A stretch of DNA of 64,000 bases from Eledone cirrhosa (GCA_964016885.1 OZ024740.1:429536001-429600000), one strand, 5' to 3'. Shown: positions 25,379-40,502, counted from the first letter of the stretch. Translations and numbers: made by a program. The notes: generated by a model from the letters alone, not told the origin.

Positions 25379-26559
25379 AATGGTAAAGGTATTGGACTTA
25401 AGATCATAATGTCGTGGGTTCGATTTCTGGGTTATGTGTTGTGTTCTTGAGCAAAACACTTCATCTCACATTGGTCCAGTATACTCAGCTGAAAATAAGT
25501 ACCAGCAATAGCTGCGGGTTTAACTCTGCGATGGACTGGCATCCTGTCCAGGGGGAAATCATGTACTCGTAGTCACTTAACGCCACAGAAACTAGGATAA
25601 GCACTGACCTGATGAACTTCTAACAATTTGTCAATTCTTAACTTTTAGGAACATGTTAATGATCCTAACGGCAGGATGGCATGGACGCTTCATTTGTTTT
25701 GAGACGGTAAACCTAAAGGATAGAATTAGCACCAGAAGAAAGAATTTTCATGGTGAATGTAGATTCATCCAGGAAGTTTTAAATGGCTGTGTGTCGTTCG
25801 TTCCCCAAACAAATCTGACTTTATTCCTGTGGAGAATAGTTTACCTTTTTGCTTCAAGTAACCGAAAGAATACGATCGCCATACACGTGGCCAAAATGGG
25901 GTTCCTCCGGTGGGTCTTTGGAGTAACGTTATTCGATAGATTGTGTCGCTCTGAGATGAGAGAGTCACTCCAGGTAGAGCCTCTACTCTGAGAGACCACA
26001 GCTCCGATACTATAGGCATGTGGTTAGAATCTCTCAGGAAAGAATTGCTGGACAGATTTTATGGGTAAAACCAAACGACAGGAGACTCAAGGGCAGACTT
26101 TGCGCAAGATGGGTGGATAACATCCATGCGCTTGGCTGGTCTTCTTCTTCGTCCACTGAGAGAGTCGTGGGGCCGAGTCCCCAAACACTCCTTCCAGCGG
26201 GTCCTGTCAGAAGCAACCGTCTCCAACTGATCCGACAAGATCCCCAAGGAAGACCAGCCAAGCTCATGGATGTTATCCAACCTTCTTGTTCGGGTCTACC
26301 CCTGGGTTTTCTCCCTGTTGGTTTTGCCCGTAAAAGTCTGTCCAACGATTCTTTCCTAAGACATTCTAACCACAAGCCCATAGTATCGGAGCAGTGATCT
26401 CTCAGAGAAGTAGAGGCTCTACCTGGAGTGACTCTCATCTGCGAGCTCTATCAAGTAACTTCAGAACAAAAGGAATAACAGATAAAAGTGGACTAAGTTC
26501 CGCCCTGATAAGTCTCAAGGTTCGAGAAAAACTTCTTTCTTATGCCTAGCCTCATCCCA

Positions 26560-26868
26560 TCCTCATATCTGAGGGTCAGGGGTCACGGACTCTTGGACCA
26601 ACACTCTCCATATTTTCCTCTTTCTTGCCATTGTCGTAAATTCCACCAAACTCCTTCCTGTCCATTCCTTTATAACATCTCTCCATCGCCTTTTCTGCCA
26701 TCCTCTGGCCCTTTTCCTTAGTATTCGTCTTTCAAGGATGTGGGTAATCAAATTTTGGGCCCTGATGACATGACTGAAATTTCCTTGGGCCCTGATGACA
26801 TACTGAAGTTTCCTCTTCCTTACTGTTTCAACCAACATGTGTATTACATGTTTGTTAACCAATTTCAA
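26560..26868 (-). mobile_element. RTE LINE 3' fragment
   Basis: RKRKLQY...RARGWQKRRWRDVIKEWTG. Confidence 0.7.
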
Positions 26869-28190
26869 GATACTATAATATGGATAGTATCTTAAAATTT
26901 GTTAAACGTTAGAAGAAAATAACAAAAGAATAAATAAAGGAAACAAAACTACAGAAAATTAAACAACAAAATATTTTTTACTGTGTGAAAAAAAATCAAT
27001 CTTCCTTAAATTACAAATAAAAACTATTATATATTCAATACTTAAGGTTACCAAAATCTGTAATCTAAATTTTTATCAAATATAACACAATGTTTTTTAA
27101 AACTAAAGATCTGCCATTTCTATTTCTAAAAACATTCTTCATATTTTTCTCAATTCTTGTAATGCAGATAAACAACATTTTCATAATTTAAAACTTAATT
27201 TTATTCTTTATTATTTTTATTATTGTCACTGTTTTTATTTTATTTTATTTTTGTGGCAGGAATAATCTAATAAAAAAGAAATTAGTATTTTTCGCTTGTT
27301 TTTTGTTGTTGTTTTTTCATAAACTAGAATTTTAAAAAGCAGCAAAAAATAATTTCATGAAATATTGATTTCTAATTTAAGCACAAGGTCAGCAATTTCT
27401 GGGCAAGGTGAAGTTGATTAAATCAACCCAAATACTTGACTGGTACTTTATTTTATCGAACCCAGAAGAATAAAAGACAAACTTTACTTTTCATTTGAAC
27501 TCAAAACGTAAATATGCAGGTAAAATCATTTTATCGGCGCACCACCGATTCTGTCACTGCTCCGCTCAAATAATAGTATCAGTTATTAATCTAGAGTACA
27601 AGGCCAGCAATTTTTAGCTAAGGGGAAGGTTGATTAAGTCAACCCCTGTACTTGACTTGACTGGTACTTTATTTTATCGACCCATAAAAGAGTGAAAGAC
27701 AATGTTGACCTCGGCGGGATATGAAATCAAAACGTAAAGGAGCAGAAGAAATACTGTAAAGCATTTGTCAGTTTGTCAGACGCTCTTGGGACTTTGTTAA
27801 TCGACCAACCTAAATAAATTACTTAATAGATAAATAAATAATAGATAAATGAAATGAACAGATGAAGGAAGCAGAACACAGATGGATTTTTATCATCATT
27901 TTAATATTTTGCTTCTATTTCTCATTTTGTATTTAAATATTTTCAACTAATAAAAGCATGCGAAGTTTAACCAAATATGGATGATGTTTGATCAACATTT
28001 GTTGATGACTATAACAAGATTTTGTTTTGTACCGAAAAAAGAAAGATGATTATAAAAGAAAACCAAAAAAAGAAAAGCATGTTTTTTTTTATTTTTTTTT
28101 AAAGGCACTTGTTTCCAAACTGTGCAGTTGATAGAATTACATGACATGCCATTTTGTTGCTGCTCTAATTGTTGATGAAGAAACTTGCAA

Positions 28191-28287
28191 TTAGAGAATG
28201 GGTGTTTGTGTGTTCTTGGCGAGGACTTGATCTTTGTAGTGCTTCAAACAATACAAGATACCATCTGCCTGGTTATAATTGTTGAGC
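28191..28287 (-). CDS. LIM-domain protein, last coding exon
   Basis: ttttgcag acceptor; phase matches the upstream exon; (K)LNNYNQADGILYCLKHYKDQVLAKNTQTPIL* completes the LIM C2HC-C3H pattern. Confidence 0.9.
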
Positions 28288-28897
28288 CTGCAAAATAATA
28301 AAATAAATGATGAGAAGACATTTACAAAACGGAAAAAATCATCAGCCGCTTTCTCTCCTGGCAAAGATTGGACGGGTCTACATAGATCAAGTCAAACTGA
28401 AGCAGAGCCACTGACATCCCAGACAGGCCTGGCAGGTTTGTACTCGGCTTACGTACATATCGACTGCAGAGGTGAAGTTGTCGTGTCTTTTGACAAATTT
28501 TCTACAGCTGGATGCCCTTCCTATCACCAACCAGTTTACAGCATGTACATGGTGCTTTTATGTTGTAGATTATCAGCAGTAAGGACGGTACAGTCTCCTT
28601 GATATTACTAAAGGATCCTTCCAACCCTTTGTTTACCAAGGTTTCTACGGCTGGATGCCCTTCATATCACCTACCACTTTACAGTTTATATATACATGTG
28701 TGTGTGTGTGTGTGTGTGGTAAAAAGTAAACGGATAAACAACACAGCACAATGAAGATATATAGTAGGAAAATAATTGTTAACGTTTCGGTCGGTTTAAG
28801 TCGAGTGGTGTTTGACTAAGGTCGGTTTCCCTCAGATGTAGCGTGTAATATTAAAAATAGGAGCCAAGTGTCAGAGTATCATCATGAAGTTTATTCA

Positions 28898-29084
28898 GGT
28901 GGATTGGCAGTATCGGTAGAGGGCCAGACGCCATGCTTTGTAGCATAGAGTTACGACCCTTTACGGTCTGAGTTCAAATCCCGCCGAGGTTAACTTTGCC
29001 TTTCATCCTTACGGGGTCGATAAAATAAAGTACCAGTAATACACTGGGGTAATTGCTGGCCTTGTGCCAAAAGTAGAAACAATT
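28898..29084 (+). mobile_element. Full-length SINE A with target-site duplication
   Basis: aagtttattca(ggtg) duplicated at 28887 and 29085. Confidence 0.9.
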
Positions 29085-29369
29085 AAGTTTATTCAGGTGA
29101 GACGCGCGTTTCGCTATTGATCAGTTGAAGGTTCGATCTGTATCGATCTGCATTGAGTGCTTTGAAGGGAGAGCTGCCGGTAACTGTAGTTACACACCTA
29201 ACTAACACACACACACGTATACACAAACGTACACATATATGTGTGTATGTGTGTGTGAGGTTAAAAATACGTTTAATTGCCAACACAGTCCCATGGACTG
29301 AGTGCTCTACCACTACGGATATTACCTTACAGTGTTCTACCTCACTCTCTCTATATATATATATATATA

Positions 29370-29966
29370 CTAGCAGATTTACCCGGCGTTGCTCGGGGTT
29401 TGAAATTATGCTAAGAATATACAGCTAGGAAATAAAAGAAGAACATTATTGGTGGATTGGCAGTATCGGTAGAGGGTCGGACGCCATGCTTTGAAGCATA
29501 GAGTTACCTCCCTGTATGATCTGAGTTCAAATCCCGCCGAGGTTAACTTTGCCTTTCATCCTTCCGGGGTCGATAAAATAAAGTACCAGTAATGCACTGA
29601 GCAATTGCTGGCCTTGTGCCAAAAGTAGAAACAATTATTTGTCCCCAACCTCTCAAAATAAGCAGAAGTCTTCAATAATTAATGCAAACGAATATATTTG
29701 GTGAAAAGGTTATCTCCCTTTTTTATAAGGATTGTCAATAAAGTTTGTTATCTCCCTTACATCAATTTTTCTACCGATAATTTTGATATCGATTTTTTAT
29801 TGCTCAACGTGGGTCGATTTGAAAAATGTTTGTGATGTAACAATCTTATTGACCTGTGCAACGTGCACAGAAAATTTGGTCAAATTCAGTTGGTAATTGT
29901 GAAAGCCTTATGCATGCCAAGTTGTACACAGACACACACACATCCTCGCTTTTATATATATAAAGA
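29370..29966 (-). mobile_element. Non-autonomous Helitron with nested SINE A (29451-29638)
   Basis: TCTTTATATATATAAAAGCGAGGATG 5' end; hairpin + CTAG 3' end; homologous to 34474-34943. Confidence 0.82.
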
Positions 29967-30622
29967 TATAATTGTTCTTGAACAGTAATTGGCAGGTAGT
30001 AGTTTGACTTGCTAACGGCGTTGTTTAGGGAAGTGCAATATGAGTATTCTATTAAATTCCCTCTGTTCAGTAAAAACGATACCACAGTTGTTGTGATGGG
30101 ATTGGAAGATATCAACTAACATCTTTTGCATTATATAATACACCTCATTATATAACACAGCTCTATATAACACCTCTCCTTATATAATACATATTATTAT
30201 ATAACACCTCTCGTGATATAATTGTGGTGGCTTGTGGTGACGGTAGTGGTGGTGGTGGTGGTGATGGTGACTGTAGTGTGGGGGGGGGTGCTGGTGGTGG
30301 TAGTGACGGTAGTGGTGATGGTGGTGGTGGTGGTGTTTGTGGTGGTGATGGTAGTGGTGTTGGTGGTGGTTGTGGTGGTGACGGTAGTGGTGGTGGTGGT
30401 GGTGGTTGTAGATAAGGTTGCTTTCGTTTCTTAAAAGTAATACAACCGAATCAGTAATAACTATATTTCTGGCTGTTAAGTCAGTTTACTAAACAGTCTA
30501 AAATGATAACATATGGCTGTAAGCTGCGTTTCTTGTGAGGCTGTAATGGCTTTTAGCGCTCTGAGATAACAAGAATTCTATAAACATACTCCTTCGTGTA
30601 ATGTTGGCACGTGTAATGTTAA

Positions 30623-31357
30623 CCCTTTAACATTTAAACCGGTCATATCCGGCCAGAATTCTCTCACCTCTTTCTGCTCAAACCAGCTGTAACCAGCCAC
30701 ACATACTGTTGTTAAGGTATTGTTCTCAAAATAAATAATATCAAAATCTCATAGATTCGATATTATGTGAGATATTATGTGAGGTAAAGACTTTACTGTG
30801 AAAATACAATAGTATATACAGAGTAATGTAAATGTTATGTGAGATGTTATGTGAGGTAAAGCCTTTACTGTGAAAATACAATAGTATATACAGAGTAATG
30901 TAAATGTTATGTGAGATAGTATGTGAGGTAAAACCTTTACTGTGAAAATACAATAGTATATACAGAGTAATGTAAATATTATGTGAGATATTATGTGAGG
31001 TAAAGCCTTTACTGTGAAAATACAATAGTATATACAGAGTAATGTAAATGTTATGTGAGATATTATGTGAGGTAAAGCCTTTACTGTGAAAATACAATAG
31101 TATATATAGAGTAATGTAAATGTTATGTGAGATATTATGTGAGGTAAAGCCTTTACTGTGAAAATACAATAGTATATACAGAGTAATGTAAATGTTATGT
31201 GAGATATTATGTGAGGTAAAGCCTTTACTGTGAAAATACAATAGTATATATAGAGTAATGTAAATGTTATGTGAGATATTATGTGAGGTAAAGCCTTTAC
31301 TGTGAAAATACAATAGTATATACAGAGTAATGTAAATGTTATGTGAGATATTATGTG
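30623..31357 (+). repeat. piggyBac MITE left part whose subterminal 72 bp is tandemly amplified (~8 copies)
   Basis: TTAA|CCCTTTAACATTTAAAC matches 1826; unit gagatattatgtgaggtaaagcctttactgtgaaaatacaatagtatatacagagtaatgtaaatgttatgt. Confidence 0.88.
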
Positions 31358-32127
31358 TGGGTAGCCACGCTGCTCCTAATGTCACGAAATTTTGGTCTTT
31401 ATTACAAAGGCAGCATAAACGTAGGAATTGTGATTAAGGGATGGAAGATTTCGTGTGGCTGAGAGGGGAAGAGGTGGAGTTGAAGTAAGAGGGGGAGGCG
31501 GTGAGTTTATAGAAAACGAAAGTAAAAAGAGATGGAAGTTTGGGTGATCGATGGTGACAGGTATATCAATGAAGTCAACAGAGGAGATTTTCTCTAATAA
31601 CTGATTATTTCACTCACTTTTGTGTTTGAGATATGTTGGTTGAGTTCTTATGGAAGGGCCGAAGCATAGAATCTCGACTCCTAGGCATCACGTGAATTTC
31701 TGAGCCTGTAGCCAACCGGTTGGCGGTATTTTGATGACGTGTAGCGATTTCAGTTACTAGTGCATTTACTGCCATAGGTATCACGGACTGGAATCGAATT
31801 CTGTCGATCGATTGGTTATTGATTAGGTGAGAATCGCGTATGAAGCCACATGCGCCGATTATGCATTATTGCATAATAAATGCAGACAGTAGATGCTGTA
31901 CGCTCTCTTGCTGCATTAAGTGTGGCTGAAACTCGAGTACGGGTATGAATTTATGGTAGCCAATTACGTGTGTTGTTACTCTGGGACTTTTACATAACCT
32001 TACCTATTGAGTACGCTGAGATGCAACCGGTACTAGCACGAAACCTTATGCTAGTCAGTCGCGTCAACTTATTATATATATATATACTTACAGGATATAC
32101 TGTTTTGTACACTTCAGAGGCGTCGGA

Positions 32128-32173
<46 letters not shown>

Positions 32174-32562
32174 CTTAAAATGGAGTGAGAATAAGAAGAA
32201 AGCAAGAACGGGGGGGGGGGGGTCCTCATCAGTTGTCTACTGGGGATCTCGGATATTTCTACGCTTTAAAGACAAGATATCTACCGCCCAGAGCGTTCAA
32301 TAACTGGGTAAGTTATTGGGCAAACGGAGGAGGGAGGGAAGGAAAATAGAAGGGAAAAGGGAAGGAAAGAGAAAACACCGAAAAAAACAACAAACCGAGC
32401 AATGTGCGAGCAACTTAAGGTAAGAAAATCCAAGACCACAGCGATAAGAGAACTTAAGTTCAAGAGCATGTGGGCGAGCGAAAAGACACGTCTGACCCCA
32501 GCGAGTGGGTGAGAAAAGGACTGCTATATATATATATATATATATATGCGTGTGTGTGTGTG

Positions 32563-32600
<38 letters not shown>

Positions 32601-32767
32601 CTACTGTACAAAAAAATGATTACATGCTAAGGTGATAGAGGATATATATATATATATATATTGCAAGTTGAGAAATTCCGTACGGTCCTAAATATCGATT
32701 GTAAAGATGAAAAAAAACCCAAACAGATAAAACAATAAACAATAAGAAATAAATACACACAACTTAC

Positions 32768-32889
32768 TTTAGACTCATTTTGCATTCAGAACATTTAAAG
32801 CACAGTTTGTGATACTTGATATTCCCTGCTTCCATTCTCTCTTGTGGGTAGACGGTTTTCTCGCAAACACCACACTTTTCACCACCACC
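32768..32889 (-). CDS. LIM-domain protein (CRP/muscle-LIM-like), internal coding exon
   Basis: Manual translation GGGEKCGVCEKTVYPQERMEAGNIKYHKLCFKCSECKMSL; ttttcag acceptor, gtaagt donor, ends in phase 2. Confidence 0.9.
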
Positions 32890-32961
32890 CTGAAAATACA
32901 TCAATAACAATATAAGCTAAAGCTACATTCATTACAAGTTTAGATGTTTTAATATGTGAAA

Positions 32962-33277
32962 GTATGCTGTGTGTTTGCACGTGTTGTGTGTATTTACGTG
33001 TGTTGTGTGTGTTTGCGTATGTTGCGTGTGTTGTGTGTGTTTGCGTGTGTTGTGTGTGTTTGCGTGTGTTGTGTGCTTGCACGTGTGTTGTGTGTGTTTG
33101 CACGTGTCGTGTATGTTTGCATGTGTTGCGTGTATTGCGAGTGTTTGCGTGTGTTGTGTGCGTTGCGTGTGTTGTGTGCGTTGTGTGTGTTTGCGCGTGT
33201 TGTGTGTGTTTGCGTGTGTTGTGTGTGTTTGCGTGTGTTGTGTGTGTTTGCGTGTGTTCCGTGTGTTTGCACGTGTT
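32962..33277. repeat. GT-rich degenerate minisatellite (intronic)
   Basis: gtgttgtgtgtgtttgc-type units. Confidence 0.9.
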
Positions 33278-33749
33278 CAAATATACAAATAAGAAAGAAA
33301 AATATTATTCCATAAAATATTATTCCATAAGACTGTAGTAGGAATTGTGCATTCGTTCTCCATGGAAATTTACCACTAATATCACACACGGCATCAGAGA
33401 AAGTACAATATTGATTGGACATTGTTTGCGGGCAAAGGATGAGATGATTAGTGACGCTCTTCATTGGGGGTGAACCGAAACATGGGTACGAAAATGTTGG
33501 TCGACCACACCTCAACGAACCTACATATAGCAACTGTATGAGGATTCTGTGTGAGTCCACCCCAGAAGACCTAACACAAACAATGGCTCACCGAACAGAC
33601 AGGGGAAAATAAGTGATGGTGATCTGTGCAATAACCAGGCCTGGATTATTATGATTTTGTTCGAATCTGAGGTTTAAATCTGTTGATACTCCCGAGTTTC
33701 CCATTTCTAGTATCATGGTCTTCACGCCCACCCCTTCCAAAAGAATAAA

Positions 33750-33900
33750 TACGAGGGGACTTCAAAAAGTTCAGTTGGAAAAAGAACAGTGGGAAAAAAC
33801 GGTTTAAGTTATGATGTTTATTTTTCAACATATGCTCCATCTAGATCAAGGCACTTCTGCGTTGATACCAGCCTTTAAGTTCGGAATTACGTGGTCTCTA
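33750..33900 (+). mobile_element. mariner-type terminal fragment
   Basis: TA|CGAGGGGacttcaaaaagtt terminus. Confidence 0.5.
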
Positions 33901-34083
33901 CTGTCATCGAAATATATATAACGGCTTTCAATAAAGGAAGTTTAACATCTGAACTACGAGGTTAAATTTACCTTTCATCCTTACGGGGCCGATAAAATAA
34001 AGTACCAGTAATGCACTGGGTAATTGCTGGCCTTGTGCCTAAAGTAGAAACAATTATTATATATATATATATATATGGTGGGG

Positions 34084-34114
<31 letters not shown>

Positions 34115-34127
34115 CTGTATATATATA

Positions 34128-34462
34128 ATTGGTGTGGATGCTTAAAGCGTCCGTATCCGGTATGCCGTTTGAGCACTCGATGCTCTTACAGAGCAGAGTA
34201 TAATATCACATAAGAAAGGGAGAATCAGTGTTGCGACGAATAAGATTTATTAGACATATTACAATCGTTTCTCTGGCGGCCAGCTCGAGGCACGATCGAT
34301 GCAATGATCGAACTTGACTCTGAAATCGCAAGGTCCTCAGATACGTCTGGATTCTACGAAGCAGAGTTTCCATTTGGAAACTCTGCTTCGCCAGAGAAAC
34401 GATTGTAATATGTCTAATAAATGTTATTTGTCGCACCACTGATTCTCCGTTTCTTATATGAT
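34128..34462 (-). mobile_element. PLE-like fold-back unit with hammerhead (34255-34345, minus strand)
   Basis: ~75-bp diverged arms 34203-34277/34390-34464; cgtat-CUGAGGA...GAAAC-GAUU-GUA-atatg; tail with gagtgctc; (TA)n both sides. Confidence 0.72.
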
Positions 34463-34473
34463 ATATATATATA

Positions 34474-34942
34474 TCTTCTTCTATATATATAAAAGCGAGG
34501 ATGTGTGCGTATGTCTGTGTACAACTTTGGATACCTAAAGCTTTTACAATTACAAACCGAATTTGACCAAATTTTCTGTGAATTTTCAGGAACAATTATA
34601 TCTTTATATATTTAAAAGTGAGGATGTGTGTGTTTGTGTACAACTTGGCATGCATAAGGCTTTCACAATTACCAACTGAATTTGACCAAATTTTCTGTGC
34701 ACGTTGCACAGGTCGATAAGATTGTTACATCACAAACATTTTTCAAATCGACCCACGTTGAGCAATAACAAATTGATATCAAAATTATCGGTAGCAAAAT
34801 TGATGAAAGGGAGATAACCAACTTTATTGACAGAAATATAAACATCAGATTCATTTGAAGATAAATCACTAATATTATCGTTTGTTTCTTGTTTATTCTT
34901 TGTTGCATTTCAAAACCCGGGCAACGCCGGGTAAATCTGCTA

Positions 34943-34943
<1 letters not shown>
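34474..34943 (+). mobile_element. Non-autonomous Helitron with duplicated 5' end
   Basis: TC start; second 5' end at ~34600; cccgggcaacgccggg hairpin + CTAG 34940-34943. Confidence 0.85.
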
Positions 34944-35008
<65 letters not shown>

Positions 35009-35617
35009 TATGTATGTGTGTTTGTGTGTCTGTGTCTGAGTCTGACTGTGCGTGTATATGTGTGTGTGAGTGTGTGTATATGTGTGTGTATCTCTGTGTG
35101 TCTGTACCTGTGTATATCTGTCTGTCTGCTGGTGGGGGGGGGGGTCTTGTATTTAAATTAAAAGGTTCCGTACTACAATATCAAATGGATGATCGTTAAA
35201 AGAGGCAGACCTTATGTAAATGGCAGCAGAAAGTGTGATTTTATTACAATGTCACTGAGTGCAGGGATGTATATAAATGCCAAATCAAACATTCTGTAGA
35301 CGCCAACACATAAGAATAGCTATTGCGTACTGACTTCATCCACACCAAATATCTTAAAAGTCTTTAAAGTCTCTCTCTAGTCCAGAGGCTCAGCAGGCTG
35401 GTGTTTATCCAATGGCGTGAAGTGACTGAGAGTACAAGACCCCTCACCCTGGAAAGGATGTCAGTCTACCGCAAGGTTAAACTCCCAGCTATTGTAAACT
35501 GGGGCAACATGAAATGAAGTGTTTTCCTCAAGAACACACAACCCAGTTCCACAATCGACATTGTGGTCGGATATGATGATGTGTTGATGCAGCTCTAATT
35601 GTGAGTATATAGATACA

Positions 35618-36010
35618 GATATTTCTCCACCCTTATGTCTGTATTTATACCCCACCCATCTTCCATATTTCTCCACCTTTATGTCTGTATTTATACCCCA
35701 CCCATCTTCCATATTTCTCCACCTTTATGTCTATATTTATACCCCACCCATCTTCCATATTTCTCCACCCTTATGTCTGTATTCATACCCCACCCACCTT
35801 CCATATTTCTCCACCCTTATGTCTGTATTCATACCCCACTCAGCCATATTTCTCCACCCTTATGTCTGTATTCATACCCCACCCCACCCAGCCATATTTC
35901 TCCACCCTTATGTCTGTATTCATACCCTACCCCACCCAGCCATATTTCTCCACCCTTATGTCTGTATTCATACCCCACCCCACCCAGCCATATTTCTCCA
36001 CCCTTATGTC
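35618..36010. repeat. 46-bp minisatellite (~9 copies)
   Basis: Unit catatttctccacccttatgtctgtattcataccccacccatcttc. Confidence 0.95.
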
Positions 36011-36912
36011 TCTGTCTTTATCAAAAAGCTGAACTCTCTGGTTTCTTTACTAATTTATTTAATTAATTTAATTTTGATTTCATCGTATTTTAATCAATTT
36101 TCAATACATGCCGTCAGAAATATTACCATACAGAGCCATTAATTAATTAATTTAAATCATCTATTTTTTCAACCGTAAATCTTAGTTAAATTATTTTGAA
36201 TTTATCAACACAGCCATTCTAGGGAGTTAACCACGTTCATTTTTCACAAGTGATTTCTCTTGAAATATATCGATCCATCAATAATTAAATACGCAGAGTT
36301 AACATGTTATTGACAACTCATAATTTCAGATAAGGAAAATCAATTTTAAACTTTATAAAAAATTGCTTAGAATTCACGGGTCAGAGACGGAAAAATCTGT
36401 CTGATGATATGACGGTAATATGTCACCATGTGCCTCATGATAACAACTTCAAAATATTATTTTGACTTTATTTAACGTCTTATAGAATCTCATTGGAACA
36501 AACAATATATACTGTTAATGAATATATATGATTGGATGGCAGGAAAAGGCAGGCTACAGTGTGAGCTAAGGAAAACCCTAACATTATTTGGCAAGAGTGG
36601 TGGTTTAGCAGTATTGGTAGAGGGTCGGACAACATGCTTTGTAGAACAGAGGTACGCCCCTTTCTGATCTGAGTTCAAATCCTGCCGAGCTTAACTTTGC
36701 CTTTCATCCTTACGGGGTCGATAAAATAAAGTACCTGTAATGCACTGGGTAATTGGTGGCCTTGTGACAAAAGTAGAAACAATTATTTGGCATATCAGTG
36801 CCGCTTGGCACTACTGGGGTGAGTGATAAAATCCGAAGACGCAGAAATTATTATGATCATCAGTCGATAGCTGATGAAGAAAGTGCTAGATGTATGCAAA
36901 GAAATAGTAATG

Positions 36913-36973
<61 letters not shown>

Positions 36974-36976
<3 letters not shown>

Positions 36977-37488
36977 GGAAAAAGTATGACCCCGACGACA
37001 GAGCTCAAGCCGTTTCGACGGCTATTTCTGGACTAAATTAGAATTTTTAGCCTGGTGAATAAGTAGTCGAACTTTTCAAGGGGGTACTTCCTTATATGGG
37101 AAGATTGTAGTTGTCAAGAGGATTGGTTAAAATTTGTTGTAAACACAAGTAAGTCTATCGTGGCATTTGGTGGGAGGTAGGGGTGGCTGAACTTGCCTGT
37201 AGAACAATAGGGGAGTGAATAGAGCGGTCAAGCATTTTTGTGTTTACAACAAATTTTAACCAATCCTCTTGACGACTACAATCTTCCCATATAAGGAAGT
37301 ACCCCCTTGAAAAGTTCGACTACTTATTCACCAGGTTAAAATTTTAATTCAGTCCAGAAATAGCCGTCGAAATGGCTTGAGCTCTGTCGTCGGGGTCATA
37401 CTTTTTCCTATTTCCCACTCTACTACCTTAAGTATTGAGTACTCTGGTGCGTTATGGTCCACCTGGTTCCTTACCACAATTCCTTTGT
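36974..37488 (+). mobile_element. Neptune-like pLTR pair, head-to-head, with hammerheads (37302-37395+, 36990-37084-)
   Basis: ~175-bp arms 36974-37148/37238-37411 homologous to 15400-15567; UUGAAAA core; unique tail 37412-37488. Confidence 0.82.
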
Positions 37489-37734
37489 TATATATATATA
37501 TATTAGAAAAGGGAAGTAAGGTTCTATACAAAACAGTGGATATAGAGAAAAGGGGAAGTGGGAAATAGCACGGAAAATATATTTAAGGGTCCTTTGATTC
37601 GTCAAAGTGATTTTATTGAAAAGATAACATTGTTGAAAAAATGAGAGGGACAATTCTTTTTTAAAAAAAGTTTTATAATGTATATAAAGTATTACGAGCA
37701 TAGCCACAGTCGGATGGCTGGAACGGGTAAAAGA

Positions 37735-37794
<60 letters not shown>

Positions 37795-37872
37795 TCTTAT
37801 ATATATATATATACTCATATATACTCTTATATATATATATATACTCAATATATATATATATATATACTCAAT

Positions 37873-37938
<66 letters not shown>

Positions 37939-38006
37939 CTCTTATATATATATATATATACTCTTATATATATATATATATACTCTTATATATATATATA
38001 TATACT

Positions 38007-38098
<92 letters not shown>

Positions 38099-38099
38099 T

Positions 38100-38141
<42 letters not shown>

Positions 38142-38231
38142 ATAATGGTAGCTATGTGTATAACCGGTTTCGCAGTTCTTCTGCTTTTGAAAAGGTGAGT
38201 TGAGATGGAGGGTCTGTGGTTTTTCTCACAT

Positions 38232-38454
<223 letters not shown>

Positions 38455-38538
38455 CATATACATATATATAAATATATATATACATATATATATATATACA
38501 TATACATATATATATATATACATATATATGTATATACA

Positions 38539-38574
<36 letters not shown>

Positions 38575-38608
38575 CATATATATGATATATACATATATAT
38601 ATATACAC

Positions 38609-38641
<33 letters not shown>

Positions 38642-38658
38642 CATATATATATATACAC

Positions 38659-38730
<72 letters not shown>

Positions 38731-38746
38731 CAATAATATATACATA

Positions 38747-38963
<217 letters not shown>

Positions 38964-39077
38964 TAGATACATATATATATATATATATTATACATATATA
39001 TATATATATATAGATACATATATATATATATAGATACATATATATATATATAGATACATATATATATATATAGATAC

Positions 39078-39112
<35 letters not shown>

Positions 39113-39132
39113 ATACATATATATATATATAC

Positions 39133-39203
<71 letters not shown>

Positions 39204-39216
39204 CATATATATATAC

Positions 39217-39325
<109 letters not shown>

Positions 39326-39376
39326 AGTATATATATGTATATATATATATATAGTATATATGTATATATATATGTA

Positions 39377-39503
<127 letters not shown>

Positions 39504-39504
39504 G

Positions 39505-39549
<45 letters not shown>

Positions 39550-39581
39550 GTATATATATACATATATATATATATATATAC

Positions 39582-39662
<81 letters not shown>

Positions 39663-39667
39663 CATAC

Positions 39668-39740
<73 letters not shown>

Positions 39741-39755
39741 CATATATATATATAC

Positions 39756-39788
<33 letters not shown>

Positions 39789-39812
39789 CATATATAGTAT
39801 ATATATATATAC

Positions 39813-40135
<323 letters not shown>

Positions 40136-40311
40136 CATATATATATATATACATATACATATATATATATGCACATGCACACACATATATATATATGCAT
40201 ACATATATATGTATGCATATATATATATGTGCATACATATATATATATACACACATATATATATATATATATATACATATATTTTATATATACATATAAA
40301 TATATATATAC

Positions 40312-40434
<123 letters not shown>

Positions 40435-40468
40435 ACATATATATAATACATATATATATATATATACT

Positions 40469-40502
<34 letters not shown>

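Noticed and set aside
25365-25430. tRNA gene
   Set aside because: A and B boxes present but no convincing cloverleaf; continues into a SINE body
28775-28845. Hammerhead-like CUGAGGG...GAAACGUU on minus strand
   Set aside because: Non-canonical core and stems could not be paired convincingly
36120-36145. Candidate ATG|gtaata start exon for the LIM gene (minus strand)
   Set aside because: Phase fits but donor is weak and there is no independent support
38160-38200. Hammerhead-like UUCAAAA-gcag/ctgc-GAAAC on minus strand
   Set aside because: Essential G5 missing and stem I not evident; at best a decayed copy
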